A stretch of DNA of 42,529 nucleotides from Trueperaceae bacterium. Its GTDB lineage: Bacteria; Deinococcota; Deinococci; Deinococcales; Trueperaceae. The position numbers and the translations under genes are program-made. Shown here in pieces: positions 10,074 through 19,269 of the stretch. Position 1 is the stretch's first letter, and every line of letters begins with the position of its first letter. The stretch is from positions 1 to 42,529 of the forward strand of contig JBBDRK010000030.1 of NCBI GenBank assembly GCA_040905465.1, written 5' to 3'. Below the pieces are notes generated by a model. The model saw only the letters and a list, made by a program, of their open reading frames with translations. It was not told the origin of the DNA and did not search any database.

Positions 10074-11645
10074 TCAGAGCGCGGCGAGCCGCAGCGCCAG
10101 CGTTGCCGCGTGAGCCAGGGCAACCAGCAGAAAAGCCAGCGACGCCGCACCCGCCAGTGCGTCGAGCGCCCTCAGTCGCGGCATTCCCTGGTGCAGGAAG
10201 CCCCACAACATCCCGCCCACCACTCCGCCGACGTGGCCCCATAGCGAAACGTTGGGAATGGCCAGCGACAGGATCACGATCAGTCCCATCCAGCGCAGCA
10301 GGCTGCCGGTGAGAGCCCGATCGCTTGCAGAGCGGTTGCTAAGGGCGTCGGCGAGGAGCGCACCGGCGACCCCGAGCACTCCGCCGGACGCTCCCACCAG
10401 GACGAGCGGACCACCGTCGTGGGCGATCGCCGTGATCAGCGCTCCCGTGACCGACCCGAGCACGAAAGATGCCAGCAGGTTTTCGCGCCCCTTCCGCTGC
10501 TCGTAGGCGCGGCCGATCTCGATCAGCACCCAGATGTTGAATCCGATGTGGAGCAGGTGGCCGTGGACCAGCGTGTACGACAGGTAGCGCCACCAGGCGT
10601 CGGCCTCCGGCAGGCCCGGAAGTCCGAGCAGGAAACCGCCCGCCAGGCTGCTGGCCTTGAAGCCGCTGCCCACGGCTGCGAACGGACCGACGGTGGCGTC
10701 GAGCCACAGCTGCGCCAGGAACGCCAGTGCAAGGCCGCCCGCCAAGGCGTAGGTGGCGGTGGCAGCACGCCCGGGGCCGGCGCTCGCGGGCACATCGGAG
10801 CCGAGTTCCTGCAGGCGCTCGGCGTAGCGACCGCGCAGGGACTCGGGCGCGGCGGCGTAAGCCTGCCCATACAGGTCGCCGGCATCGTCGCGTCGCCCGG
10901 CGCGCTCGGCCGCGCCCGCCAGCAACGCCAACAGCACATGCGCCGGCACTCCCGGCAGGGGCTGGCCCAGGATGTCGCGAAGGGTCGAAAGATCGCCGCT
11001 CTCGGCGGCTATCCTGGCCTCGCTCAGCCGGACGCTGCGATACCCCAACGGGCCCTGCGGTCCCTGCTCCCAGCGAGCACGCATACCGTCCAGCGCGTCT
11101 TGCGCCTGGCCCTGGCGTCCGAGCCGCAGGAGCGCTTCTATTCGTACCGCGTCTCCCAGGAACGCTTTGTCGCCCGTGGCGGGCAGCTCCAGCTCGGTGA
11201 TGCGTTGCCACTCGCCGCGCAGGGCGTAGGCCTGCGCCAGCATGATCTTGTCGTCTTCCGGGATCAGTTCGAGTGCCGCGTCCACGTCTCCGCGCTGCAA
11301 CGCCACCTGCGCCGGCAGCCTGCGCACCGCCGACCTGCCTTCCTGCGTCCAGTAGAGCAACGACACCAGCCAGGCGGCCATCCTGTAACGTCGCACCCGG
11401 GCCAGCGCCACGCTCAACAGCGGGCCGAAGGCGTAGAGCGGACCCGCCACCAGCACGAACGTCTGCAGACCGCCGCCGACCCGGTATGGCAACAGTTCGG
11501 CCAGGGCCACGATCGCGCTCAACAGGCTGGCCAGGATCGTCTTGAGCGGGAACTCACTGACCGGCGGAGCCAGGCGCAGGGCGAGGCGAACCATGTAGCC
11601 GGCCACTACCGCTACGGCCAACAGGAAAAGGGCGTCCTGCGTCAC
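10074..11645 (-). CDS. Rhomboid-family intramembrane serine protease with N-terminal TM and TPR-like region
   Basis: WWRYLSYTLVHGHLLHIGFN, VGASGG (catalytic Ser), WGHVGG (catalytic His). N-terminal TM helices and a helical Ala/Leu/Arg-rich region. Confidence 0.88.
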   Translation of the reverse strand: MTQDALFLLAVAVVAGYMVRLALRLAPPVSEFPLKTILASLLSAIVALAELLPYRVGGGLQTFVLVAGPLYAFGPLLSVALARVRRYRMAAWLVSLLYWTQEGRSAVRRLPAQVALQRGDVDAALELIPEDDKIMLAQAYALRGEWQRITELELPATGDKAFLGDAVRIEALLRLGRQGQAQDALDGMRARWEQGPQGPLGYRSVRLSEARIAAESGDLSTLRDILGQPLPGVPAHVLLALLAGAAERAGRRDDAGDLYGQAYAAAPESLRGRYAERLQELGSDVPASAGPGRAATATYALAGGLALAFLAQLWLDATVGPFAAVGSGFKASSLAGGFLLGLPGLPEADAWWRYLSYTLVHGHLLHIGFNIWVLIEIGRAYEQRKGRENLLASFVLGSVTGALITAIAHDGGPLVLVGASGGVLGVAGALLADALSNRSASDRALTGSLLRWMGLIVILSLAIPNVSLWGHVGGVVGGMLWGFLHQGMPRLRALDALAGAASLAFLLVALAHAATLALRLAAL

Positions 11646-11651
11646 CGGAAC

Positions 11652-11657
11652 AGCCTA
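11652..11657 (-). promoter_or_regulatory. Putative -10 box (TAGGCT), leaderless rhomboid
   Basis: TANNNT 6 nt upstream of GTG 11645. Confidence 0.45.
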
Positions 11658-11790
11658 ACGCAACCGCCGGCCGCGGCACCTCTTCTGTCTTGCGCTCGAG
11701 CCGCGGCCGGCGGGAGCGCACGAACGATATGCAATCATGGGGCCGGATCGGCGGGCAGCGGCCGGGCCGGTCCCACCCCGGAGGATATAG

Positions 11791-12426
11791 GTGCTCGATA
11801 TCTCGCTTTCCGTCGTGTTCATCGTGATCGGATATCTGGTCGGCAGCGTACCGACCGGATACCTGGTCGCCAGGGCGCACGGCGTGAACATCCAGAAGGT
11901 CGGTTCGGGCAACATCGGGGCGACCAACGTACTGCGGGCGATCGGCCCGGGTCCGGCGATGCTGGTGGCTGTCATGGATCCGCTCAAGGGCTTCCTGGCG
12001 ACCATCTTCCCGGTGTTGCTAGGTGTCGACCCCTGGACCGTGGCGTTGACCGCGCTCGCCACCGTCCTGGGAAACAATTTCAACATCTTCCTGCGTCTGC
12101 GCGGTGGCAAGGGCGTCGCCACCAGCCTGGGGGCGTTCCTGGCCGTCAATCCGGTCGTGGCCATCCTGGCTGCGGTCCTCGGGCTCTACACCATGGCCCT
12201 CGGCCGTTACGTTTCGCTGGGCTCGCTGGTGGGGATCACCGCCGCGCCGCTGATGCTTCTGGCATCGGGGCGGACCGCCCCTGCCGAGTTGTTCCTGGCG
12301 GTGGCACTGGCTCTGCTGGCAATCTACCGGCACCTGGGCAATATCACTCGTCTGGCCGAGGGTAGCGAGCGGCGTCTCGGCGAGAAGTCGGCGGCCGAAA
12401 GCGGGGGCGAAACGCCGCAGAAATGA
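11791..12426 (+). CDS. plsY: Glycerol-3-phosphate 1-O-acyltransferase PlsY
   Basis: GYLVGSVPTG, GSGNIGATNVLR, DPLKG, GGKGVATSLG, HLGNITRL. SD ggagga. Confidence 0.95.
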   Translation: MLDISLSVVFIVIGYLVGSVPTGYLVARAHGVNIQKVGSGNIGATNVLRAIGPGPAMLVAVMDPLKGFLATIFPVLLGVDPWTVALTALATVLGNNFNIFLRLRGGKGVATSLGAFLAVNPVVAILAAVLGLYTMALGRYVSLGSLVGITAAPLMLLASGRTAPAELFLAVALALLAIYRHLGNITRLAEGSERRLGEKSAAESGGETPQK

Positions 12427-12492
12427 AGGCATTTCGTCCTGCCCTCGAACTCGCGGAAGCGTGGCCGGGGACGGATGGGAGAGGGAGTTGAA

Positions 12493-13167
12493 GTGCTCGA
12501 CGTGCTGGTAATCGGACCTCATCCGGACGACGCCGAACTCGGTATGGGCGGCACGCTGGCTCGTGCCAAGGCGGAAGGGCGCGCCACCGGGATAATCGAC
12601 CTCAGCAGGGGCGAAGCCGCCACCAAGGGAACTCCCGAGGAGCGAGCCAACGAGGCGGCCGCGGCCTCGAAGGTGCTGCGGCTCGACGTGCGCCGCAACC
12701 TGGGGTGGCCGGACTCACGGATCATGGACAGCGAGGACCGCAGGCTGCAACTTGCGCACGTCCTGCGGGAGCTGAAGCCGAGCGTGGTCGTTGCTCCTCA
12801 CGGCAGCGACCGCCATCCCGATCACGTGGCCGCAGCGCTGATAGTGCCGGCCGCCGTGCATCTGGCGGGGCTCAAGAACAGCCCGCTTTCGGGCGAGCCG
12901 TTCAAGCCCGGCGAACTCCTCTTCTATATGGGCAACGAACCGTTCGAGGCGAACCTGATCGTCGATACCAGCGATTACATCGAGGTGTGGGAGGAGGCCG
13001 TGCGCTGCTACCGGAGCCAGTTCACCGGCGAACCCGCCTCCGAGACGGTGACGCCGGACGTGTTTCGGCGACGGCGTGGCCGCGCCGCTTACTGGGGGAC
13101 GTTCATCGGCGCCGCATACGGGGAGCCGCTGCAGACACGGCGTCCGGTGGCATTTGTCCCGTTCTGA
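12493..13167 (+). CDS. bshB1: Bacillithiol biosynthesis N-acetylglucosaminyl-malate deacetylase (PIG-L/LmbE family)
   Basis: GPHPDDAELGMGG, DLSRGE..TKGT, DRHPDH, YRSQF. GTG 12493 follows gagggag; the track start at 12475 is an alternative. Confidence 0.85.
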   Translation: MLDVLVIGPHPDDAELGMGGTLARAKAEGRATGIIDLSRGEAATKGTPEERANEAAAASKVLRLDVRRNLGWPDSRIMDSEDRRLQLAHVLRELKPSVVVAPHGSDRHPDHVAAALIVPAAVHLAGLKNSPLSGEPFKPGELLFYMGNEPFEANLIVDTSDYIEVWEEAVRCYRSQFTGEPASETVTPDVFRRRRGRAAYWGTFIGAAYGEPLQTRRPVAFVPF

Positions 13168-14059
13168 TCCCCGGTTGCCGAGCGGTCGACAGTCGCGCCT
13201 CTCTCGTCTTGACCAGGTTCACCAGGACGATTCCGGCGATGGTGACGGCGCCGCCCGCCACCGTCAGCAGCGACGGTATCTCTCCCAGGAGCAGCCACGA
13301 GAAGAGCAGGGCGAAAAGCGGGATGGTGTACAGGTAAGCGCTCACCAGGGTCACCGGAGTGCGTGACAACGCGAAGCCGAGCAACGAGTAGGCGATCGCC
13401 GAGGGGAACACGCCGAGGTAAACAGCCGCCAGCAACGCGTTTCCCGCCCCTGTGACATCGGCACCCAGCCCGGGGAAGAATGCCAGCATCGGCAGGGTCC
13501 CGCCCCAGGTGGCGAAAGCGGTTACCTCCACGGCTCGGTAGCGCTTGTGGAACGGTTTCTGCCACACGAAGTAGCTCGCCGCGGCCAGCGCCGACAGCAG
13601 GATCAGCAGCGCGTAGGGGTCGAAGCCCAGGCTGGCGGAGTCTCCCAGCACGATGACGGCGATCCCGCAGAACGAGAGAACGCTGCCGACCCAGCCCAGC
13701 AGCGGCAATCTGTCGCCGAGGAATAGCCGCGCCAGCAGCGCGGTGATGGCCGGTGCCGCAGCGATGATGAGACTGGTGGCGCCGGCGCTCACCCTCAGTT
13801 CGCCGGCGTTGAGGGCGGTGTGATATACGGCGATCCCAACGCTGCCGAGCAGCACGAACGGCAAGATGTCTCGTCGGTCCGGGAAGAGTCGCTGGCGGGT
13901 GAGCGCCAGGAACGGCAGGAAGCAAAGCGAGGCTACCAGGTGACGCAGCAGAGTGAGGTGCAGAACGCCGAGACCGTCGAGTCCGACCTTGATCACCGGA
14001 AAGGCCGATGCCCACAACACCACCAGCCCAAACAGAGCGAGGAACACCGGAACCGTCAT
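13103..14059 (-). CDS. EamA/DMT family transporter
   Basis: About ten TM helices, WASAFPVIK, two EamA repeats, LLGEIP. 3' end overlaps bshB1 by 65 nt. Confidence 0.9.
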   Translation of the reverse strand: MTVPVFLALFGLVVLWASAFPVIKVGLDGLGVLHLTLLRHLVASLCFLPFLALTRQRLFPDRRDILPFVLLGSVGIAVYHTALNAGELRVSAGATSLIIAAAPAITALLARLFLGDRLPLLGWVGSVLSFCGIAVIVLGDSASLGFDPYALLILLSALAAASYFVWQKPFHKRYRAVEVTAFATWGGTLPMLAFFPGLGADVTGAGNALLAAVYLGVFPSAIAYSLLGFALSRTPVTLVSAYLYTIPLFALLFSWLLLGEIPSLLTVAGGAVTIAGIVLVNLVKTREARLSTARQPGIRTGQMPPDAVSAAAPRMRRR

Positions 14060-14065
14060 TCCGGG

Positions 14066-14071
14066 ACTCTA
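14066..14071 (-). promoter_or_regulatory. Putative -10 box (TAGAGT), leaderless EamA
   Basis: TANNNT 6 nt upstream of ATG 14059. Confidence 0.4.
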
Positions 14072-14081
14072 CCAGTACCGC

Positions 14082-15065
14082 TCAGGCGGGAAGTTGCACC
14101 GGACGACCGCACGAGCACCGTTCGTACTCGCGAATCATTGTCGCCTGTCCGTTTCGGTACCAGAGCGTGTCGCAGTCGGGACAACGGATCTCGTCTCGGG
14201 AGATCGAGCCGATCGCGCTCCGGTCGAGCCAGCGCTTCTCTCCGCACCAGTGGCAGACGACTTCGGCGCCGCCATCCTCCTCGATCATCCGGGTCCGCTC
14301 CTCCGGAGAGAAGTAGGCCAGGGCGTCGACCGCCTTGGCGTCGCTGCAGCGGCACTCGAAGGAGAGCGGCATGGCGTTCTTCGTGAGCAACTCGAACTCG
14401 AGCCCCCAACACAGCTCCTCCACCGCTTCGATGAGCGACACGCGGCGTAGCGCGTCGGTCAGTTGCCCGAAGGCGCGGACGTTCGCTTCCAGGAGGTCGA
14501 GCGCGCCATCCTCTGCGTCGGGAAGTGCCTGCAGGATCACGCCGCCGGCCCGGGCCACTTTGCCACCCTCGAAGTACACTCCCAGCATGACGACCGACCG
14601 GATCTGTTCCGAACGGGCAAGGAAAACCGCGATGTCCTCCGCCACCTCTCCCGATGCCAGCGGCGAACTCGAGCTGTAAGGCTCGCCGTAAGGCGCGTGC
14701 GAGCGAATGATTTCGATGTCGCCGGCGCCGACCAGGCCGCCAACGTCGAGCTTGCCGTCGCTCCGGGAAGGCAGCTCGGCCCTCGGGTTGCGGGCGTAGC
14801 CGCGAACCGTGCCGTCCAGTCCTGCATCGGCGATAACTCCCCCGAGCGGTCCGTCTCCCCGCAACCTGAGCGTCACGCGGTCCTTAGGATTCTTCAGAAG
14901 CACGTGCGAGAGCAGCAGCGCACCGGTAAGCGTTCGACCGAGTGCAGCAGCGGCCGTCGGAGTCGCCCGATGGCGTTCCTGCGCTTCCTGCACCAGCCTG
15001 GTTGTATCGGCGGCGACCACGCGTATGCCCGCGTTGGCCGCAACGCCGCGTATCAGATACGACAT
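14082..15065 (-). CDS. hslO: Hsp33 redox-regulated chaperone with C-terminal extra Cys cluster
   Basis: Start MSYLIRG after SD aagga. AALGRTLTG, GDGPLGG, GEVAED..SEQ, zinc switch FECRCS...CHWC, then CPDC...CSCG. Confidence 0.92.
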   Translation of the reverse strand: MSYLIRGVAANAGIRVVAADTTRLVQEAQERHRATPTAAAALGRTLTGALLLSHVLLKNPKDRVTLRLRGDGPLGGVIADAGLDGTVRGYARNPRAELPSRSDGKLDVGGLVGAGDIEIIRSHAPYGEPYSSSSPLASGEVAEDIAVFLARSEQIRSVVMLGVYFEGGKVARAGGVILQALPDAEDGALDLLEANVRAFGQLTDALRRVSLIEAVEELCWGLEFELLTKNAMPLSFECRCSDAKAVDALAYFSPEERTRMIEEDGGAEVVCHWCGEKRWLDRSAIGSISRDEIRCPDCDTLWYRNGQATMIREYERCSCGRPVQLPA

Positions 15066-15157
15066 GTGTGAGTCCTTCCGGAGAATCGATACCGTCGCGC
15101 CGCGAACATCTGCCGCCCGGCGACGCAAACGAAATTATAGGCTCCGGTACGGTGTAT

Positions 15158-16795
15158 TCAAGTTGCCGGGGATGCCGGTTCCAGCCTCACCACAACGCCC
15201 TCGTCGGCAACGAGCGGTACTCGGCCCGCGACTCGCCGCCGCTCGCGGTTCGCGTGGGTGCAACACACCACCTCGCCATGCCATCCGTATCTTCGCGAGG
15301 ACTCGTCCTCGGCCAGATCCGCCTTCTTTCCGGAGAGGTTGAGGGCGATCAGGAAGCGCTCGCCCTGGAACTCGCGCACGAAGGCGAGCACCGGTTCGTC
15401 GGCGTTGACGGGGTAGTACTCGCCGAGCGACAGGGCCGGCTCGGCCCGGCGCAGGGCGATGAGCCGCCGCGTCAGCGACAGGTGCGAATCCGGCTCGCCG
15501 CGCTGCGCCTCGACATTCGCCTCGGCGTAGTCGTGCGCCAACGGCAGCCACGGTTCGGCGTCGCTGAAGCCCGCGCCGGGCCGTCCGGTCCACTGCATGG
15601 GCGTGCGCACCGGGTCTCGACCCATTCGCAAGCCCGGGTTGCGCCGCTCGTTCGGATCCTGAACCCTGTCGGTTGGGACGTCCACGTCTTGCATGGCGAT
15701 CTCGTCGCCGTAGTACATCGTCGGTGTCCCGCGCAGTGTCAGCAGCAGCATCGTCGCCACGCGCGCCTGCGCCGGTCCCACCCGGCTGGCGATCCTGGAT
15801 TTGTCGTGATTCCCCAGTACCCAGTTGGGCCAGGCCTCCTCCGGCAGCTCCCCCTCGTACCGATCGATCGCCACCGAGATCTCGCGGGCATCCCAGGGCA
15901 GGGTGATCAGCTGGAAATTGAACGGCAGGTGAGCGCCCGGCTGGTCGCTCCGCCCGTAGTAGGCCACGAGTTGCGGAATCGGCAGGTAGATCTCGCCGAT
16001 CAGCACCCTGTCCCGGTATTCGTCGACCAATCGGCGCATCTCGGCAACCACTTCGTGAACCTCGGGTTGGTCCACCGAGAAGGCCGGCACTTGCTGGTGG
16101 TAGGTCGGCATTCCATTCCGATAGTCGGGGTTCACCGGATTGTCGCGAAAGTGCTCGTCCTTGATCAGATGCCACATCACGTCTACCCGGAAGCCGTCGA
16201 CGCCCTTGTCGAGCCAGAAGCGCATCGCCGCCAGCATCGCCTCGCGCACTTCCGGGTTGCGCCAGTTCAGGTCGGGCTGTTCCGGCAGGTAAGCGTGATA
16301 GTAGTACTGGCCGGTCGTCTCGTCGAAGGACCAGGCCCGGCCGCCGAATACCGACAGCCAGTTGTTCGGCGGGCCGCCACCCGGAGCGGGATCGCGCCAC
16401 ATGAACCAGTCACGCTTTGGGTCGTCTCGTGACGAGCGTGCCGACCTGAACCAGGGGTGCTCCTCGGAGGTGTGGTTCGGAACGAAGTCCATTATCACTC
16501 GCAGGTTGCGGCGGTGGGCCTCGCCGAGCAGACTTTCGAAATCGGCCATCGAGCCGAACAGGGGGTGAACCGCGGTGTAATCGGAAACGTCGTAGCCGAA
16601 GTCGGCCATCGGAGACGGGTAGATCGGGCTCAGCCAGATCGCGTCGACCCCCAGCCACTCGAGGTAGTCGAGTCGAGAAGAGATTCCAGCCAGGTCTCCC
16701 ACGCCGTCGCCGTTCGAATCCTGGAACGAGCGCGGGTAGATCTGGTAGACGATGCCCCACTGCCACCAGAGACCTCTGGCGGAGCCTTCGCTCAC
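15158..16795 (-). CDS. GH13 alpha-glucosidase / oligo-1,6-glucosidase family
   Basis: YQIYPRSFQDSNGDGVGDL, DFGYDVSDY, DFVPNHTS, QPDLNW, DGFRVDV, IGEIY, LGNHD, RDPVRTPMQW. Confidence 0.93.
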   Translation of the reverse strand: MSEGSARGLWWQWGIVYQIYPRSFQDSNGDGVGDLAGISSRLDYLEWLGVDAIWLSPIYPSPMADFGYDVSDYTAVHPLFGSMADFESLLGEAHRRNLRVIMDFVPNHTSEEHPWFRSARSSRDDPKRDWFMWRDPAPGGGPPNNWLSVFGGRAWSFDETTGQYYYHAYLPEQPDLNWRNPEVREAMLAAMRFWLDKGVDGFRVDVMWHLIKDEHFRDNPVNPDYRNGMPTYHQQVPAFSVDQPEVHEVVAEMRRLVDEYRDRVLIGEIYLPIPQLVAYYGRSDQPGAHLPFNFQLITLPWDAREISVAIDRYEGELPEEAWPNWVLGNHDKSRIASRVGPAQARVATMLLLTLRGTPTMYYGDEIAMQDVDVPTDRVQDPNERRNPGLRMGRDPVRTPMQWTGRPGAGFSDAEPWLPLAHDYAEANVEAQRGEPDSHLSLTRRLIALRRAEPALSLGEYYPVNADEPVLAFVREFQGERFLIALNLSGKKADLAEDESSRRYGWHGEVVCCTHANRERRRVAGRVPLVADEGVVVRLEPASPAT

Positions 16796-17086
16796 GACCG
16801 CTGTGAACGGCAGGTCCGGTTCCCCGGCCAGGAGCGGTCAAGACGACGCCGGGAAGAAGATACGCTTGCGCACACGGCGATTCCCCCTTTCCGCGGCGAA
16901 CCTAGCACGGCCCGCGCGCCCCGTTTGTACCAGTACACCTCAAGGAGCGTCCAGAAGGCAGGTTATACTTCCAACGGCCTATACGGCATCAGCGTTCAGG
17001 CGGACCGTCGAGAGGCGGCAGGGGGAAGGGATGGTTGCCAACAGCTCTGCAGTCACAAGGGTACCGGGAACGGTCCCGGGGCAATC

Positions 17087-18454
17087 GTGAGGCTCCTCAT
17101 CGTCGCCAATCGCGAGCCGATACGGCGGCAGGAGGACGGCAGTTGGCTGCCCTCGGTGGGCGGACTCACCAGCGCCCTGCTGCCGGTGCTCGAAGAGCGC
17201 GGCGGCGGCTGGGTGGCGTGGGGTGAGGATGAGGTCGACGAACTCCGCTCGATCAGCTATCCGTCCGACGATCCGCGCTTTCGGGTGGAACGCCTGCCGT
17301 TGTGCGAGCGCGAGGTACGCAACTACTATTACGGCTTCTCGAACCGGGTGTTGTGGCCGCTGTGCCACTACTTCAACGAGCAGATGGACATCCAGCACGC
17401 CTTCTGGAACGACTATCAGGAGGTGAACCGCCGGTTCGCGGCGGCTACCGCGGAGCGGTTCGAGCCGGGGACGGCGGTGTGGGTGCACGATTACCACCTC
17501 ATGCTGGTTCCCGGCTTGCTGCGCGATCTGCTTCCCGAGGCGCGCATCGGCTTCTTCTTTCACATACCGTGGCCGGCGCCCGAGGAGTGGGGGATCTTGC
17601 CGTGGGCCCGGGAGCTGACCGAAGGGTTGCTGGGGGCTGACGTGGTCGGGTTCCACACCGAGCGCTACTGCGGCAACTTCCTGGCAGCGGCCGAAGAGGT
17701 CCCCGGTGCCCGGGTCGAGGGTACCGTCGTCCATTGGAACGGGCGGCAGGTACGTGTGGAGGCCCATCCCATCGGCATCGATACCGCACGCTTCCGCGAG
17801 TTGGCGGCGGCGCCCGCCACGCGCGCCGCGGCCGAGCAGATCCGCCATGAGACCACCGCCGAACACCTGCTGCTGGGAGTCGACAGGCTCGACTACACCA
17901 AGGGCGTGCCCGAGCGGCTGCTGGGCTTCGAACACTTCCTGCAGCACAATCCCGACTACCACGAACGGGTGACCTTCTTCCAGATCAGCGCTCCCAGCAG
18001 GACCAGGATCGAGTCGTACCAGGAGCTCAAGCGCAGCGTCGACGAGATCGCCGGCCGGATCAACGGAACCTTCATGCGTGGCGACTGGGTGCCGGTTCAC
18101 TACTTCTATCGGTCCCATACCCAGGAGGAGCTGGTCGCTCACTACCTGGCGGCCGACGCGATGCTGATAACCCCCTTCCGCGACGGCATGAATATCGTGG
18201 CGCAGGAGTTCGCCCTCACCGCCGAGCGGGGACTGTTGATCCTGTCGCACCTGACCGGCGCGGCGGAGGTGCTCGATCCCTCGATTCTCGTCAACCCCTA
18301 CGACATCGTGTCGATCTCGGACGCCATCGGCGAGGCGGTCCGCACGCCGGTGGCGGTGAGACGCGAGCGCATGACCGGACTCCGCAAGCGCGTGGGCGAG
18401 CTGGACGTACATCTGTGGGCGGAGCGCTTCCTGGCCTCGCTGGAGACCCGATGA
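17087..18454 (+). CDS. otsA: Trehalose-6-phosphate synthase (GT20)
   Basis: Start VRLLIVANREP. GGLTSAL, WVHDYHLMLVP, FFHIPWP, GVDRLDYTKG, DGMNIVAQE. Followed by otsB. Confidence 0.92.
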   Translation: MRLLIVANREPIRRQEDGSWLPSVGGLTSALLPVLEERGGGWVAWGEDEVDELRSISYPSDDPRFRVERLPLCEREVRNYYYGFSNRVLWPLCHYFNEQMDIQHAFWNDYQEVNRRFAAATAERFEPGTAVWVHDYHLMLVPGLLRDLLPEARIGFFFHIPWPAPEEWGILPWARELTEGLLGADVVGFHTERYCGNFLAAAEEVPGARVEGTVVHWNGRQVRVEAHPIGIDTARFRELAAAPATRAAAEQIRHETTAEHLLLGVDRLDYTKGVPERLLGFEHFLQHNPDYHERVTFFQISAPSRTRIESYQELKRSVDEIAGRINGTFMRGDWVPVHYFYRSHTQEELVAHYLAADAMLITPFRDGMNIVAQEFALTAERGLLILSHLTGAAEVLDPSILVNPYDIVSISDAIGEAVRTPVAVRRERMTGLRKRVGELDVHLWAERFLASLETR

Positions 18455-18515
18455 ACCGACCGGCAGCGAACAGCCGACCGGCGACGGCCCGACCGGACCG
18501 GACGGCGAGTTCGAC

Positions 18516-19250
18516 ATGACAGCGACGTCGGCGCCGCAGGAGTTGCCCTTGGTCGAGCATCCGCTGCTGCTGCTCGATTACGACGGAACGCTGGCCGAGA
18601 TCGCCGCAAATCCCGACCACGCTCTACCCCACCCGCAGGTCCCCGATCTGTTGCGCGCCGTTGCCCAGCGTTTTCCTGTGCGGGTTATCAGCGGCAGGAA
18701 GGTGGCCGACCTGGCTCGCCTGCTGCCGGTCCCCGATCTGATCGCCGTTGGCGTCCACGGCATGGAGGAAGGGCGCCTCGGCGGCGAAGTCGGCTCACGG
18801 CTGGACACGGCCTCACGAGAGCTGATGAAGTCAGCCCGCGCCGACCTGCCTGCGGTCCCGGGCGTGCGGGTGGAGGACAAGGGGGCAGCTATCGCCCTGC
18901 ACTACCGCGGGGTCGCCGATGAGGACCAGGTGGTCGGTGAGCTGCGCCGCTGGGCCGAACGACTGGCTGCCGGCCTGGAAGCGGTCTGGGGCAAGATGGT
19001 CGTCGAGGTGCGGCCGCTCGGTTTCGACAAGGGCCGGGCGGCGCGCGAGCTGGCCGCCGAGCACCCCGATGCTGTCCCGGTAATGATCGGCGACGACACT
19101 ACCGACGAAGACGCATTTCGGGCGCTCACCGCGGCGGAACACCGTGACGGAGACGCGGTCACGATCAAGGTCGGGCCGGGCGAGACGGCAGCTCGTTACC
19201 GGTTGGCGGACATAGAAGCGGTCGTCGCGTACCTGCGGCGTTATCTGTAG
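18516..19250 (+). CDS. otsB: Trehalose-6-phosphate phosphatase (HAD)
   Basis: LDYDGTL, ISGR, HGME, EDKG..IALHYR, GKMVVEVRP, IGDDTTDEDAF. Confidence 0.93.
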   Translation: MTATSAPQELPLVEHPLLLLDYDGTLAEIAANPDHALPHPQVPDLLRAVAQRFPVRVISGRKVADLARLLPVPDLIAVGVHGMEEGRLGGEVGSRLDTASRELMKSARADLPAVPGVRVEDKGAAIALHYRGVADEDQVVGELRRWAERLAAGLEAVWGKMVVEVRPLGFDKGRAARELAAEHPDAVPVMIGDDTTDEDAFRALTAAEHRDGDAVTIKVGPGETAARYRLADIEAVVAYLRRYL

Positions 19251-19269
19251 CAGGGCGCTGAGCCGAAGG

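Noticed and set aside
16457-17086. Long N-terminal extension on otsA (665-aa ORF)
   Set aside because: It is mostly the antisense shadow of the GH13 gene plus intergenic DNA; GT20 homology begins at 17087.
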